From contig CM119269.1 in assembly GCA_051294375.1 (NCBI GenBank), positions 12,432,790-12,496,789 of the forward strand: 64,000 nt of DNA, in the 5' to 3' direction. Position 1 is the stretch's first letter, and each line of letters begins with the position of its first letter. This document shows positions 45,376 to 55,700 of the stretch, piece after piece. This DNA is from Paraspadella gotoi. Lineage: Eukaryota > Animalia > Chaetognatha. Position numbers and translations under genes: made by a program. Below the pieces are notes generated by a model. It had not been told where the DNA came from and ran no database searches. It worked only from the letters and a program-made list of their open reading frames with translations.

Positions 45376-48157
45376 ATGTCACACCGCAAATTTTCTGCCC
45401 CTCGTCACGGCAACTTAGGCTTCCTGCCGAAAAAGAGGTGCAAGAACCACAAGGGGCGGATCAAGAGCTTTCCAAAGGATGATCCCAAAAAGCCGGTTCA
45501 CCTAACCGCCTTTACAGGTTACAAGGTGACGTACCATTTTAAGTTTTTCTCATTAAATTAGTTTTCGTACTCTGATGAAAAAGTATTCATTGACACGAAC
45601 CATGAAAATTATTTCGAGCTTTTTAACCCTGACTTATCTGACCATAACCAAACGTTTCTTCTATTATTTCTTAATTTAATTGGCTTTTTTTTTTTTTTTA
45701 ATTTTTAATCTTAGGCGGGAATGACCCATGTGTGCCGACTCGTTGACCGCCCGGGGTCAAAGGTCAACAAGAAAGAAGTTGTGGAACCCGTGACGATCAT
45801 TGAGACTCCGCCTATTATGGTGGTGGGCGTGGTCGGGTACATCGAGACGCCTCACGGAATGCGGACCTTTAAAACCGTTTGGGCGGAACATTTGTCGGAC
45901 GAATGCAGGAGAAGATTCTACAAAAACTGGTTAGCGGGGACTCGGGGTTCGATGAGAAAAATTGGCATAAACGCTTTGCCTTCGTCCATCGTTGGCCCGG
46001 AGGTCGGAACAATATGCCGAAATAAAAGCCAAGTCTCGATGTCGCTTTGAAGATCGATTCCCTTTTATGGTCTTCAATTGAACCATCCCGACACATTTCT
46101 CGTACTAAGTTAATGTTACGATTTTAGGTACAAATCAAAGAAAAAGGCTTTTACCAAATACACGAAAAAATGGTCGGCGGAAGACGGAAAGAAGGAAATC
46201 GAAAAAGATTTTGCCAAAATGAAGAAATACTGCACCGTCATCCGAGTCATCACTCATACTCAGGTTAGTTATCTATGATTTCATGTCTTTCTTTCCCTTA
46301 TTTGTTTCGTGATGAAAAGTGGAATCGTGCTTCTAAAAATATTTATGTTGAACATCAATTCCACCCATGCTGCCTTCCTTCTGATTTCTACTCTCCTTAA
46401 TTTTGAGTGAACTTTAAATTTTTGTCGTTTTTCTAAAATTAATTATTTGTTGTGCAGATTAAACTCCTCCATAAGCGTCAGAAGAAGGCTCACGTTCACG
46501 AAATTCAGCTCAATGGCGGAACTATTCCAGAAAAGGTAACAATTTTCGGCTCGATTTTCCTGACCAAGTCTTAATTTTATATAATATTAAAATTAATTTC
46601 CGATTAGGTGGACTATGCCCGCGGACTTATGGAAAAGACTGTACCAATAAAAGATGTCTTTAGTAAAGACGAGATGGTTGACATTATAGGAGTTACCAAA
46701 GGTCACGGCGTTAAAGGTAAAAATTTAGGATGTGGCTTAATTTTTAATTTTCCTGCTGGGTGTGATGATAATCAATCCCACAGCGATCATAGCTTCCTTG
46801 ATGATATTTTAAAATTCTGATCCCTTGTTTTTTGTTTGGTTTTTTTTTTTTTTTTTTGTTTTTTAATTTTCATTTATCGGATTACCTCTTTTTTTATAGG
46901 TGTTGTTGGACGTTGGCACGTGAAGAAACTTCCTCGGAAGACGCATAAGGGTCTTCGAAAGGTAAATTAGCTCGTGTCGAGGTTACTGTTTTGATAATTC
47001 ATAAGTTTTCAAATGTATTAGCGGAATCTTTCATTTGTATTTTGAAGGTGGCGTGCATTGGTGCGTGGCATCCCTCTCGCGTCGCCTATTCGGTCGCTCG
47101 AGTCGGACAGAAAGGTTTGTAAAAGCAATAATTAAAAAACTTTTCCTAAGAACTCCATGATTGATCGGTTTTACTTTTTTTTTCCCCCCTCAGGGTATCA
47201 CCATCGCACGGAGATAAACAAGAAAATTTACCGCATTGGTGATGGTTTTCATACTAAAGACGGCAAGGTGTGTTGACTTTCGATTAAGCTAAAAGTAGAT
47301 TTGCAAGTTACCAGCGGTGTCAGTTCTTTTTTACCCGAACTGCCTTCTCCTTAGACACTTGCAAGAATAAATTCCGTCCGTTTGAGGCAGTCTTTGAGAC
47401 ATTTTCTCTACTGCTATAGAAATGGCGGTACACCTTTTTGAGCAATTAATAATATGAAAATTGTTGATAAGCGGGTGATTTAATCTTTACATGCCTGTAA
47501 AATGAAAATTTAATTTATAAAACCAAATTCTCAAACTTTTTTGAATTTTTTGTTATTACTGGTATTTAAAGAACCAATCTGCTTATCAACTTAATCCGAA
47601 TTTGTTTTTAATAATCTTAATCCTTAGTCTTATCATAATATCATCTTTATTTTTCTTCAGATGATTCAAAACAATGCTACAACGGAACAAGACATAACTG
47701 AAAAATCCATCAACCCCATGGGTGGTTTTCCTCATTACGGGATGGTCAAGCAGGATTACGTTATGTTGAAAGGCTCCTGTATCGGGATTCGAAAAAGAGT
47801 TTTGAATATCCGCAAATCTCTTATTCCCCAAACTAAGAGGGTCGCAACTGAGCAGGTCAGTACGTCTACTTGGTACTTTATTATAACAGGTAACTTTTAT
47901 CATATGATGAAAGAGGAATTACCGTTTGAATCTTTATGTAACCGAATTCCTGGCTGCTTTTTTCTGACTAATACTATTTTTTACTTCAAATGTCCAAGTA
48001 ATTTCTAGCGTAAGTTAACTATGCTTTTTCCATTTACCAGATAAATCTGACTCTGATCGATACCACATCGAAGTTTGGTCACGGAAGGTTCCAAACCCAT
48101 GAAGAAAAGAAAAACTTTATGGGTCACATGAAAAAAGATGGCAACAACGCATCTTAA
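45376..48157 (+). CDS. RPL3: 60S ribosomal protein L3 (uL3), 10 coding exons
   Basis: [56 protein letters not shown]. Confidence 0.97.
45572..45632 (+). ncRNA. C/D snoRNA, SNORD36/snR47-like (SSU Am619 equivalent)
   Basis: Box C (c)TGATGA, D CTGA; guide cgagctttttaac complements SSU GUUAAAAAGCUCG; D+5 falls on A of GUUA. Confidence 0.85.
45962..46098 (+). ncRNA. H/ACA snoRNA; 3' pocket fits LSU psi2826 equivalent (snR34/U65-like)
   Basis: Hairpin ttggcata/tatgccga, H box AAATAA, ACA+3; pocket gtcgc + tgaac matches GUUCA-U-A-GCGAC. Confidence 0.75.
46309..46384 (+). ncRNA. C/D snoRNA (SSU Am420 equivalent, snR52-like)
   Basis: GTGATGA..CTGA; guide tgctgccttcctt complements SSU AAGGAAGGCAGCA. 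Confidence 0.85.
46762..46820 (+). ncRNA. C/D snoRNA, possibly SNORD48-like
   Basis: GTGATGA, C' TTGATGA, CTGA, terminal ggg/ccc stem; guide atcccacagcg complements LSU CGCUG(U/C)GGGAU; D' box degenerate. Confidence 0.65.
47301..47435 (+). ncRNA. H/ACA snoRNA; 5' pocket fits LSU psi960 equivalent (snR8/SNORA56-like)
   Basis: Hairpin ttgcaagt/acttgcaa, H box AGAATA, hairpin ccgtc/ggcgg, ACA+3; pocket accagc + ttaga matches UCUAG-U-A-GCUGGU. Confidence 0.75.
47904..47967 (+). ncRNA. C/D snoRNA, SNORD65/snR77-like (SSU Um578 equivalent), copy 1
   Basis: ATGATGA, D' TTGA, CTGA; guide ggaattaccg complements SSU CGGUAAUUCC. Confidence 0.85.
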
Positions 48158-48456
48158 TTGGTAAGATTAAACTAAATGATTATCAGCTTTATGTAATAGT
48201 CCATACTCATGAGTACATAAACTAAAATTAAGACTAATCATTAAAATTGCTTTGCTTTTCAATCTTAATTTTAAAAAATTTAAAATTTCCTGTTGACTAT
48301 AAAAAAATATTTATTAATAATTCTAATCAATTCATTCTATCTTTGCAGTAATTTTTAAAATATAATTATTAATTATAGTTATAATATTTTATATTATTGA
48401 TAATGATTTAATATTATTTTAGACATCGTTTTCCTTTCGTTTCGTTGTTTGGATTG

Positions 48457-48661
48457 TTTAGATTGTTTAAACAACGATTTTATTATTATAAGACAAACAT
48501 GTTTCGGCTTTAATTATACAATCCTTCATCGGCGTCAAAGATATTTGTGCAAACTCTTTTTAGAAATTCACAAATATCTTTGACGCCGATGAAGGCTTGT
48601 ATGATTAAAGCCGAAACATGTCCGTCTTATAATAATAAAATCGTTGTTTAAACAATCTAAA
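48457..48661. repeat. Palindromic pair of Penelope-type hammerhead-bearing repeats (CCGATGA variant core)
   Basis: ccgatgaa-ggctt..aagcc-gaaa-catg-tc at 48586-48622, with an inverted copy at ~48495-48535; arms ~90 bp. Confidence 0.65.
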
Positions 48662-49755
48662 ACGTCTTCTATAATATTTTAATATTTATTATTATAATAG
48701 GGTGGAGTTATGAACAGATTAAGAATTATTTTTATGCTGTTTACGGACATGTAATTAACGAATTTTTAAAAAATTTTAGCATAACAGTATAGTAAATTTA
48801 ATTGTTTAATTATTTAATCATTAAAATTCTTAATATTTTTAAATTTTAAAGATTTTGATTCGCCGCAGAAAAACTAAACTATTATAAAATGTTATCTTAT
48901 GTCGTGGCGCGAGGTACCTTACTAAATGGCCTAAGGGTTGCGGACCCTCGGTGACCGCTTCCTGTCATTAGCATGTTTAGACCGGCTCCGTCATATTTAA
49001 AGCAGAACCGGGATACCTGAGGATTCAACCCGGGACGTACGGTTGTAACGAAATGATTTAGCCTGCCCCGCCATTGAGACGAGGCTGAGGACACAGCAAT
49101 GAGGCAGCTTTAGGTCTTTTAATGAAATTGGTACAACCAATATAAAATTATCCATTCATTTAATAAATAAGCTATCTTGCCCCTGACTTTGGACAGGCTT
49201 TGGTGGTTTAAGGCCTCCATCACTCTTACAAGATAATTACATAGCAGGTCCCTGCAAGCTTTCAATCAAGACTCGCTCACTGTCCCGTTTATTCACTCCC
49301 AGAGTACCTGGCTTCCCTATCAATGAAGTGGAAAATATTTCAAAGAATATTATCATAAAAAATGAATAAAATATTTTAATATGTTTTACGCGCTGATGAA
49401 GCCTCAATTTAGTAAAAACATGTCCCTTTTTTTAATAAAAACCGTTATTTGTAAACACTTTTTTCTTATTACAGAAAATTTTTTTTTAAAAATTTTTGTT
49501 TTAAATGCTGAGGATGATTGAATTTTTGATAATGTTTTATATTTTTGATTCATTTTTTGTGAAAAATCTGAATCTTCAATTTGAAAAAAAGTTTTGTTTA
49601 AACTTTGTTTGTTGTTTGTGATTATTAAATGACAAAACAATATAAATGAAATAATGATAACTAATTATACAATTTTTAAGTTTATTGTATGTAATATGAA
49701 ATTTAAGCAAGCAAGATATTTTTTTATTTTATGCCTAGTTGTCCGTAATCAATTA

Positions 49756-50410
49756 CAGAAGGCTTCATATTATAAAATGTAGTACCCCTTTTTTGTGACC
49801 AGAATCTGTTCCCACCAAACTACCCAATCGAATTTAATGATATTTTACATTTAGTGCTAATGACTATATAAATAGAACTATCGAGGCGAATTTTGATATT
49901 CAACCCCTGACAAGAGATACAGGGCCCTAGGGGTGGACCCCTGGGGGGCCAAAAAATGCTAAAAAATTTTTTTCTATTTTTTTTAGTAGTATCAGGTGCA
50001 TTGACGTTTTAAACATAAGAAAAAAACATTTTAGAACTAAAATTGATAAATTTGCAATAATTAAGCATGGTTGAAAATGCATGGTTCATCGTTTTACTTC
50101 CAATTTTCCCAAATTATTCCAAATGTGACTTTAGCTGCTGATGTTCATGAAGCTAAAAATTAAGGTAAATGAATATTTTTAAGGTAATAAATACGTTTTT
50201 GTGGAAGAGTAAACGTCTGTGCAACTTATTAAAACAAATATAATAAAAAAATTTGAGGGGTGGAATGTAAAAATTCGCTTAGATAGTTCCATTTGTATCA
50301 CTACTGGTACTCGGCATGCAAAATTTCATTAAATTCTATTCAGTAGTTTTCTCGGAACATGTTCTGGTCACAAAAAAGGGGTACCACATTTTATAATATG
50401 AAGCCTTCTG
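49756..50410. mobile_element. MITE with ~55-bp terminal inverted repeats and TA duplication
   Basis: cagaaggcttcatattataaaatgtagtaccccttttttgtgaccagaa / ttctggtcacaaaaaaggggtaccacattttataatatgaagccttctg, TA on both flanks. Confidence 0.85.
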
Positions 50411-50803
50411 TATATCGTTTGTTGAAATAAAACTTTTTGCTTTGTAAACAAATATTTAACACCTAAATCTGTTTGAATTAATTTTGTCATATTTTTAGTA
50501 TAAACACTATGTAAACTATTTATATTTATAAAATTACATGCTAAAAAACCGTTTTATTTTTAACATTACTATAATAAAACTTATAAATTTACGCCAATAA
50601 AATCATTATCTGACAAATTTGATCGTAAGCTAATTTGCTTAATTTATCAGCCAGATAAAAACCGATCAGGATCTCTCACCTTTAGAATTTCAAGTCAAAA
50701 GTTTTTTAAATTAAATATACATTTGTGATCACTTATGACGTTTACATAACTTATGTAAACGTATGTAAACTTATGTAAACGTTTTTGGAAATCTGAATCC
50801 ATC

Positions 50804-50867
50804 ATGATGAAAGAGGAATTACCGTTTGAATCTTTATGTAACCGAATTCCTGGCTGCTTTTTTCTGA
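50804..50867 (+). ncRNA. C/D snoRNA, SNORD65/snR77-like, copy 2
   Basis: Identical to 47904-47967 from box C to box D. Confidence 0.85.
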
Positions 50868-50938
50868 TTATTACTTTATTTTTTTAAATGTCCAAGTGAT
50901 TACTAGTGTAAGTTCATTAAGCTTTTCCCATTTACCAG

Positions 50939-50995
50939 ATAAATCGGACTGATTGATACCACATCGAAAAAGACAGCAAAAACGCATCTTAATTG
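50939..50995 (+). pseudogene. Decayed duplicate of the RPL3 last exon, probably a non-coding exon
   Basis: Aligns to 48041-48160 with an internal deletion but keeps the acceptor ttaccag and donor gtaag. Confidence 0.7.
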
Positions 50996-51232
50996 GTAAG
51001 GTGAAGGAGTTGTAGTCTTTCTTTCAAGATCAAACTAAAACTTGATTTCTTTTTCCAGGTCTCCTCAAGGCGTTGACTGAAAGACCTCCAATCTAAAATC
51101 CGGATGTTTAAAATCCTTTTTCTTAGTCATAAATGCGTTCAATGTTTTTCCGGCCTTTCAAATTGCCATACTTTTTGCTTTACACACCACCAGTCGCTCT
51201 CATCATACAAAATACTCTAAAAAGACTCTAAT

Positions 51233-51684
51233 ATGCAGAACGAATCCGGCGAATACGTTGACCTTTACGTGCCTCGAAAATGCTCTGCCTCAAATAGAAT
51301 CATCGGTGCTGGGGATCATGCATCCATTCAAGTACGTTGTTAAACCGAAATTCCTGATTAATGCTTTTTTTTTTGGATCATGATGACTTAGTTATCCCTG
51401 TCTAAGTCGCTGTATGCTAGACAAATCTTCCTTGGATGTCTGAGATTCTTAACTTTTTGTTTAAACGTTTGTTTTTCCGTCTTAAATTTAATATTTTCAC
51501 AAATCCTTACGATTTTTTTTACCAAATCAAGATGAACCTTGTTGACGTTAACGCCTCAACCGGTATCATGACCGATTCACATAAAACCTACGCCCTCTGC
51601 GGCAAGATTCGCGGGATGGGCGAGTCTGACGATGCCATCCTCCGCCTTTCGAAGCGGGATGGATTGGTGAGCCAAGACTCCTGA
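51233..51684 (+). CDS. RPS21: 40S ribosomal protein S21 (eS21), 2 coding exons
   Basis: [33 protein letters not shown]|[20 protein letters not shown]. Confidence 0.96.
51380..51443 (+). ncRNA. Dual-guide C/D snoRNA: U14 domain-B guide (SSU Cm414 equivalent) plus SNORD31/snR67-type guide (LSU Gm2619 equivalent)
   Basis: ATGATGA; agttatccctgt-CTAA complements LSU ACAGGGAUAACU; cttccttggatgt-CTGA complements SSU ACAUCCAAGGAAG; terminal stem ggatc/gattc. Confidence 0.85.
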
Positions 51685-51731
51685 CGTTTCCGTTGTCTTC
51701 CCCGGAGGTAAGGCTATTAATTGTATGGCGG

Positions 51732-51864
51732 TTTCTGTCGTGGGCAGTAGTCTGATACATCCCATGGTCAGCTTCTCTATAATCTCGACAGAAAAATTGA
51801 TGTGGAGTCTAAAACTTTCGATGCGTCCTTTTATCGCCTCGATTACGCTAAATTCCAAACAATA
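51732..51864 (+). ncRNA. H/ACA snoRNA in a post-stop non-coding intron
   Basis: Hairpin ttctgtcg/cgacagaa, H box AGAAAA, hairpin tggagt/attcca, ACA+3; pocket tgggca + aatc may fit LSU GAUU-U-C-UGCCCA. Confidence 0.7.
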
Positions 51865-51976
51865 TTTTATTGATCAATAGTATTAGTATTTATAATAATA
51901 TTTTTTTCTTTATTTTTGTCAGAACGTTTCACGAACGCGTTTTCTTCAAAGGTAAGCATTCTCATACTTTTTTATA

Positions 51977-52109
51977 TTTGTCCATAAAGCATTGTGCCCT
52001 TTTATTTGTAGATGGTATATGCTGAAATGGACAAAAAGAAAATAGGATTGCTCAATTAAAACCCATGGCTGTCTATTTCAGGCTGTGGATCCTGTCTTGG
52101 GCAACAATT
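51977..52109 (+). ncRNA. H/ACA snoRNA in an intercistronic intron; 3' pocket fits LSU psi2975 equivalent
   Basis: Hairpin tttgtccat/atggacaaa, H box AGAAAA, hairpin tgctcaa/ttgggca, ACA+3; pocket taaaac + cctgtc matches GACAGGU-U-A-GUUUUA. Confidence 0.72.
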
Positions 52110-52362
52110 AATCATTAAATATTCTTAATTATCCTAATGGGTATTTTATATTTTTGTTACATCTTGTCGACCCTCTCGGTCGTGTTATAATTACAAATTG
52201 AACGTCATTCAACCCAGTACTTCTCCTTTAGGCTCGTTTTGTGACAGCAGCAATTTTCGCCAAGATTCTCTCCCTGTTTAAGTAAGTTAATTAAAGTTCA
52301 TTTTGATAAGAGCATAGCATTAATGCGTATTATTTTTTCCTGCAAAAGACTTCGCGTTTAAG

Positions 52363-52428
52363 GTGATGAAGTTTTAAGACTTGCCCTATCTTAATCCGAT
52401 TGTGTTGATTATTTTTTACGCTTCCTGA
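52363..52428 (+). ncRNA. C/D snoRNA in an intercistronic intron (human SSU Gm601 equivalent, SNORD103-like)
   Basis: GTGATGA..CTGA; guide agacttgccct complements SSU AGGGCAAGUCU; D' CTTA. Confidence 0.75.
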
Positions 52429-52775
52429 TTCGTTCCTCAAATTCTTTACTTCGGTATTAATTAGGTTCAAGTATTGATTAATTTAATTTATTCTCAGGCT
52501 CGGAAGAAGGAACGGCTTGGAACATCGACATCCGTAAACTTTTTAAATTTTCATGCACGTTCTTACTTTGCAACAAATCTTCAAAGAATGATTGATACCA
52601 ATCCGCTCTTTCTTTTCTTTCCATCGAGAAATCTCGTTTTAGAATGTATTTTGTATTGATGTTCATTTTTTTGTCATTTTTCATAAAATATTTTGTATTA
52701 TGTTTTGAATTTTTGAAAACTTCATAGGAAGCATTTATTATTTAAATACTAAACTAAAATCCAAAAACTAACAAA

Positions 52776-55700
52776 ATGCCTAAGGAAAAGATCCACATCA
52801 ACATCGTGGTCATCGGCCACGTCGACTCTGGAAAATCGACCACCACCGGTCACTTGATCTACAAATGCGGTGGCATCGACAAGCGTGTCATCGAGAAGTT
52901 CGAGAAGGAAGCCCAGGAGGTAAGTCCAAAAATTGGACTAAATTTCCAAAGTTTTTTATCTCGCCGGAAAGCCCGACTTGGGGCGAGATTTTAATTCGTT
53001 TCTGCTTCTTTAACCGTAGTCATTGTCGTGCTGTTTTACCATTGGAAATAGCTCAAGTGTATAACCATAGGAAGCTAAAAATTTAGATATGGTTCCTCAT
53101 CATTTAGGTCTTTTAAATTGTTTCATATTGCTACACGTATTTGTTTGTTTTATTTTCCAAACAATTTATATATATATAAACGAGTTCAGATCTGCAGCGG
53201 TTGTCCAGTTTTTGTTTTTTATCGTCGCAATCGCTAAGCGTAACGCTTTTGCGCATAAGTGTCGTCGGCGTTCCAAATTATAGATCGCCTTTTTTATGAT
53301 TAAATTTGAATGTATGAAGCTGAAAATTTATATACAGCTTCTCATCATCGATGTGCTTAAAATTGAGTCTGGCCAGTTATTAAATGTTTTGTTTACATTT
53401 TATCAAAACAAACAAATTTTTTCTTTAATTTTTTTTTCTTTTAATTACATGTCTTTCTCCCTCCCTTTTCCCCGAGTCACTGATTCATAAGGGAAAAAAA
53501 AACTAGTCTGCTGCTGGTTCTGCAGGGGTTTGTTCTTTCTCTTTTCTCTCTCTCTCTGCGTTTTTATTTAAAAAAAAATTGAAATAGGATAGAACTCGTA
53601 CAAATGCGATACCTAATTTTACTTATTTTGCTATCGCAACATCGTTTTTATTTCGGTTTTTTTTTCTCAGAGGCTGCGTCTGCTGATTAGTTTCTTTTTT
53701 GACAATAATTTTTTTTCAGAAACTAACTTTAATTTATAATTTATAAAATATATTTTTTTTCTGTTTATAAATTAATTTTCTTTTCTTAAATTTTTTTTTT
53801 ATAAAAATTTGTCATCAATCCAGATTTTTCTTATGCGATTGCGACGATCCTTATGCTTTTAAGATTTTTTTATTATAAATTTTTATAATAAAAACTGAAA
53901 CTTTTTAAAATTAAATCTTTCATTTATAAATTTGGGAAAAATTTTTTTTTATAGGTTTTTTAAATAAATTTAGGTGAGCTGATTATATAAAATTTTTAAA
54001 CTATTTTCGCAAATAATTATAAAAAAGATCATATGGTCAAAACTAGCTTAATTTAAATAGCCATAGCCGATGAAATTTAAATGCTAATGTATACAGCGTT
54101 AAAATAATCTATCATGACCATATATTATGGTATAAAAATATTTTTTGTCAAAAATGCTTTCTTCTGAGGGTACTTGCCTAATTAAAAATATTATATTACT
54201 ATATAGAGCAAAAATTTTTTTTTTTAAATCTTAAAATTTTTTGATGGATTCTGATAGAGCATAAAAGGTTAAACAAGAATTATAATTACAGCTTTTAAAA
54301 ATTCTTACGTTTTCTCAGTGAAAATATAAAAAAACTGATAAAATCATCGAAAGATGACGATAATGATGATTTTCTACAGTTTCTTATTTTTGACACACTT
54401 ATCGTAAAAATATTTAAAAAAGAATCATACTTTGTGTAGACAACTTTTTATGAGCTATCTGAATCTGGTCTTAAAATTTAAAGATTCAAAAAAAAAATTT
54501 TGGCTTTTCCTATCTATAAATAAATATTAAAAAATTAATTACTAGGGTATAGAGCCATATTAGAAATTTTTTGTTCTTTGAAAGAATTCTTAAAAATGTC
54601 TAAATATTCGTTTGAGCTTGTACTCGCTCTAAATTTTTGACTCGCCCCATTGAGTGCGGCTATCCCTAATTTAAAGGATCAATTCAGCTTTTTACCCTCC
54701 CAGGTCACTTAATCCCCTTAAGCTCTGCAGCAGCTGTCCAACTTCTTTCTCTTCTTTTTCTCTCTCTCATACACTCGTACACGCATTTGTTTTATTTACG
54801 ACGAATGACTATTATTGCGTCCATGAATGATTATTATTAGCGGTAGCCGACCAAATTTAAATTTTAATGGGAACAGCATTAAACTAATCCATTATTGGTA
54901 TTAATTATTGTATTAAAATATTTTTTTGCAAAAGTGTTCCGAACCATGAGTAATTCGCTAATTAATATTATTATATTGCTATATAATGTTAAAAATTTTT
55001 TTTGATATTTTAAGTTTTTTTAATTGATTCAGATAGAGCTTAAAAAGTTAAACAAAAAATATAATTACAACTTTTTAAAATTTTGATGTTTTATTACTTA
55101 AAAAACTGCTAAAATAATCGGATGATGATGATAATGATTTTTTAAGGTTTTTCCTAGTTTTGACCCACTTATCATCAAAATATTGAAAAAAGAATTATAC
55201 TTTGTCTAGATAACTTTTTATAAGCTATCTGAATCTGATTTTAAAAATACAAAATTTTTTAAAAAAATTTTGACATTTCCTATCTATAAATAAATATTAA
55301 AAAATTAATTACTAATGCTTCTAGCCATTTTAGAAAAATCAAACTTCTGACCCACCCTATTGACAAAGTTTGGCTCTATTATTATTGCGTCAATCCTTTG
55401 GTTATCATCACATCAATCAAACAGTTACATTATAATTACATTACAATTACTCAATCATTCGGGGTTTTTTTTCGGATTTTTCATTAAGAAATCGCTATAC
55501 TTTTAAGATTTTTTCATTTGTATTTTTTTTTTTTTTTTTTTTTACAGATGGGTAAAGGCTCCTTCAAGTACGCTTGGGTGTTGGACAAGCTCAAGGCTGA
55601 GCGTGAACGCGGTATCACCATCGACATTGCCCTATGGAAGTTTCAAACAGAAAACTTTTACATCACCATCATCGATGCGCCTGGTCACAGGGATTTCATC

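Noticed and set aside
48900-49115. HDV-like ribozyme on the minus strand
   Set aside because: Could not build the nested double pseudoknot; looks like a simple hairpin in a SINE-like repeat.
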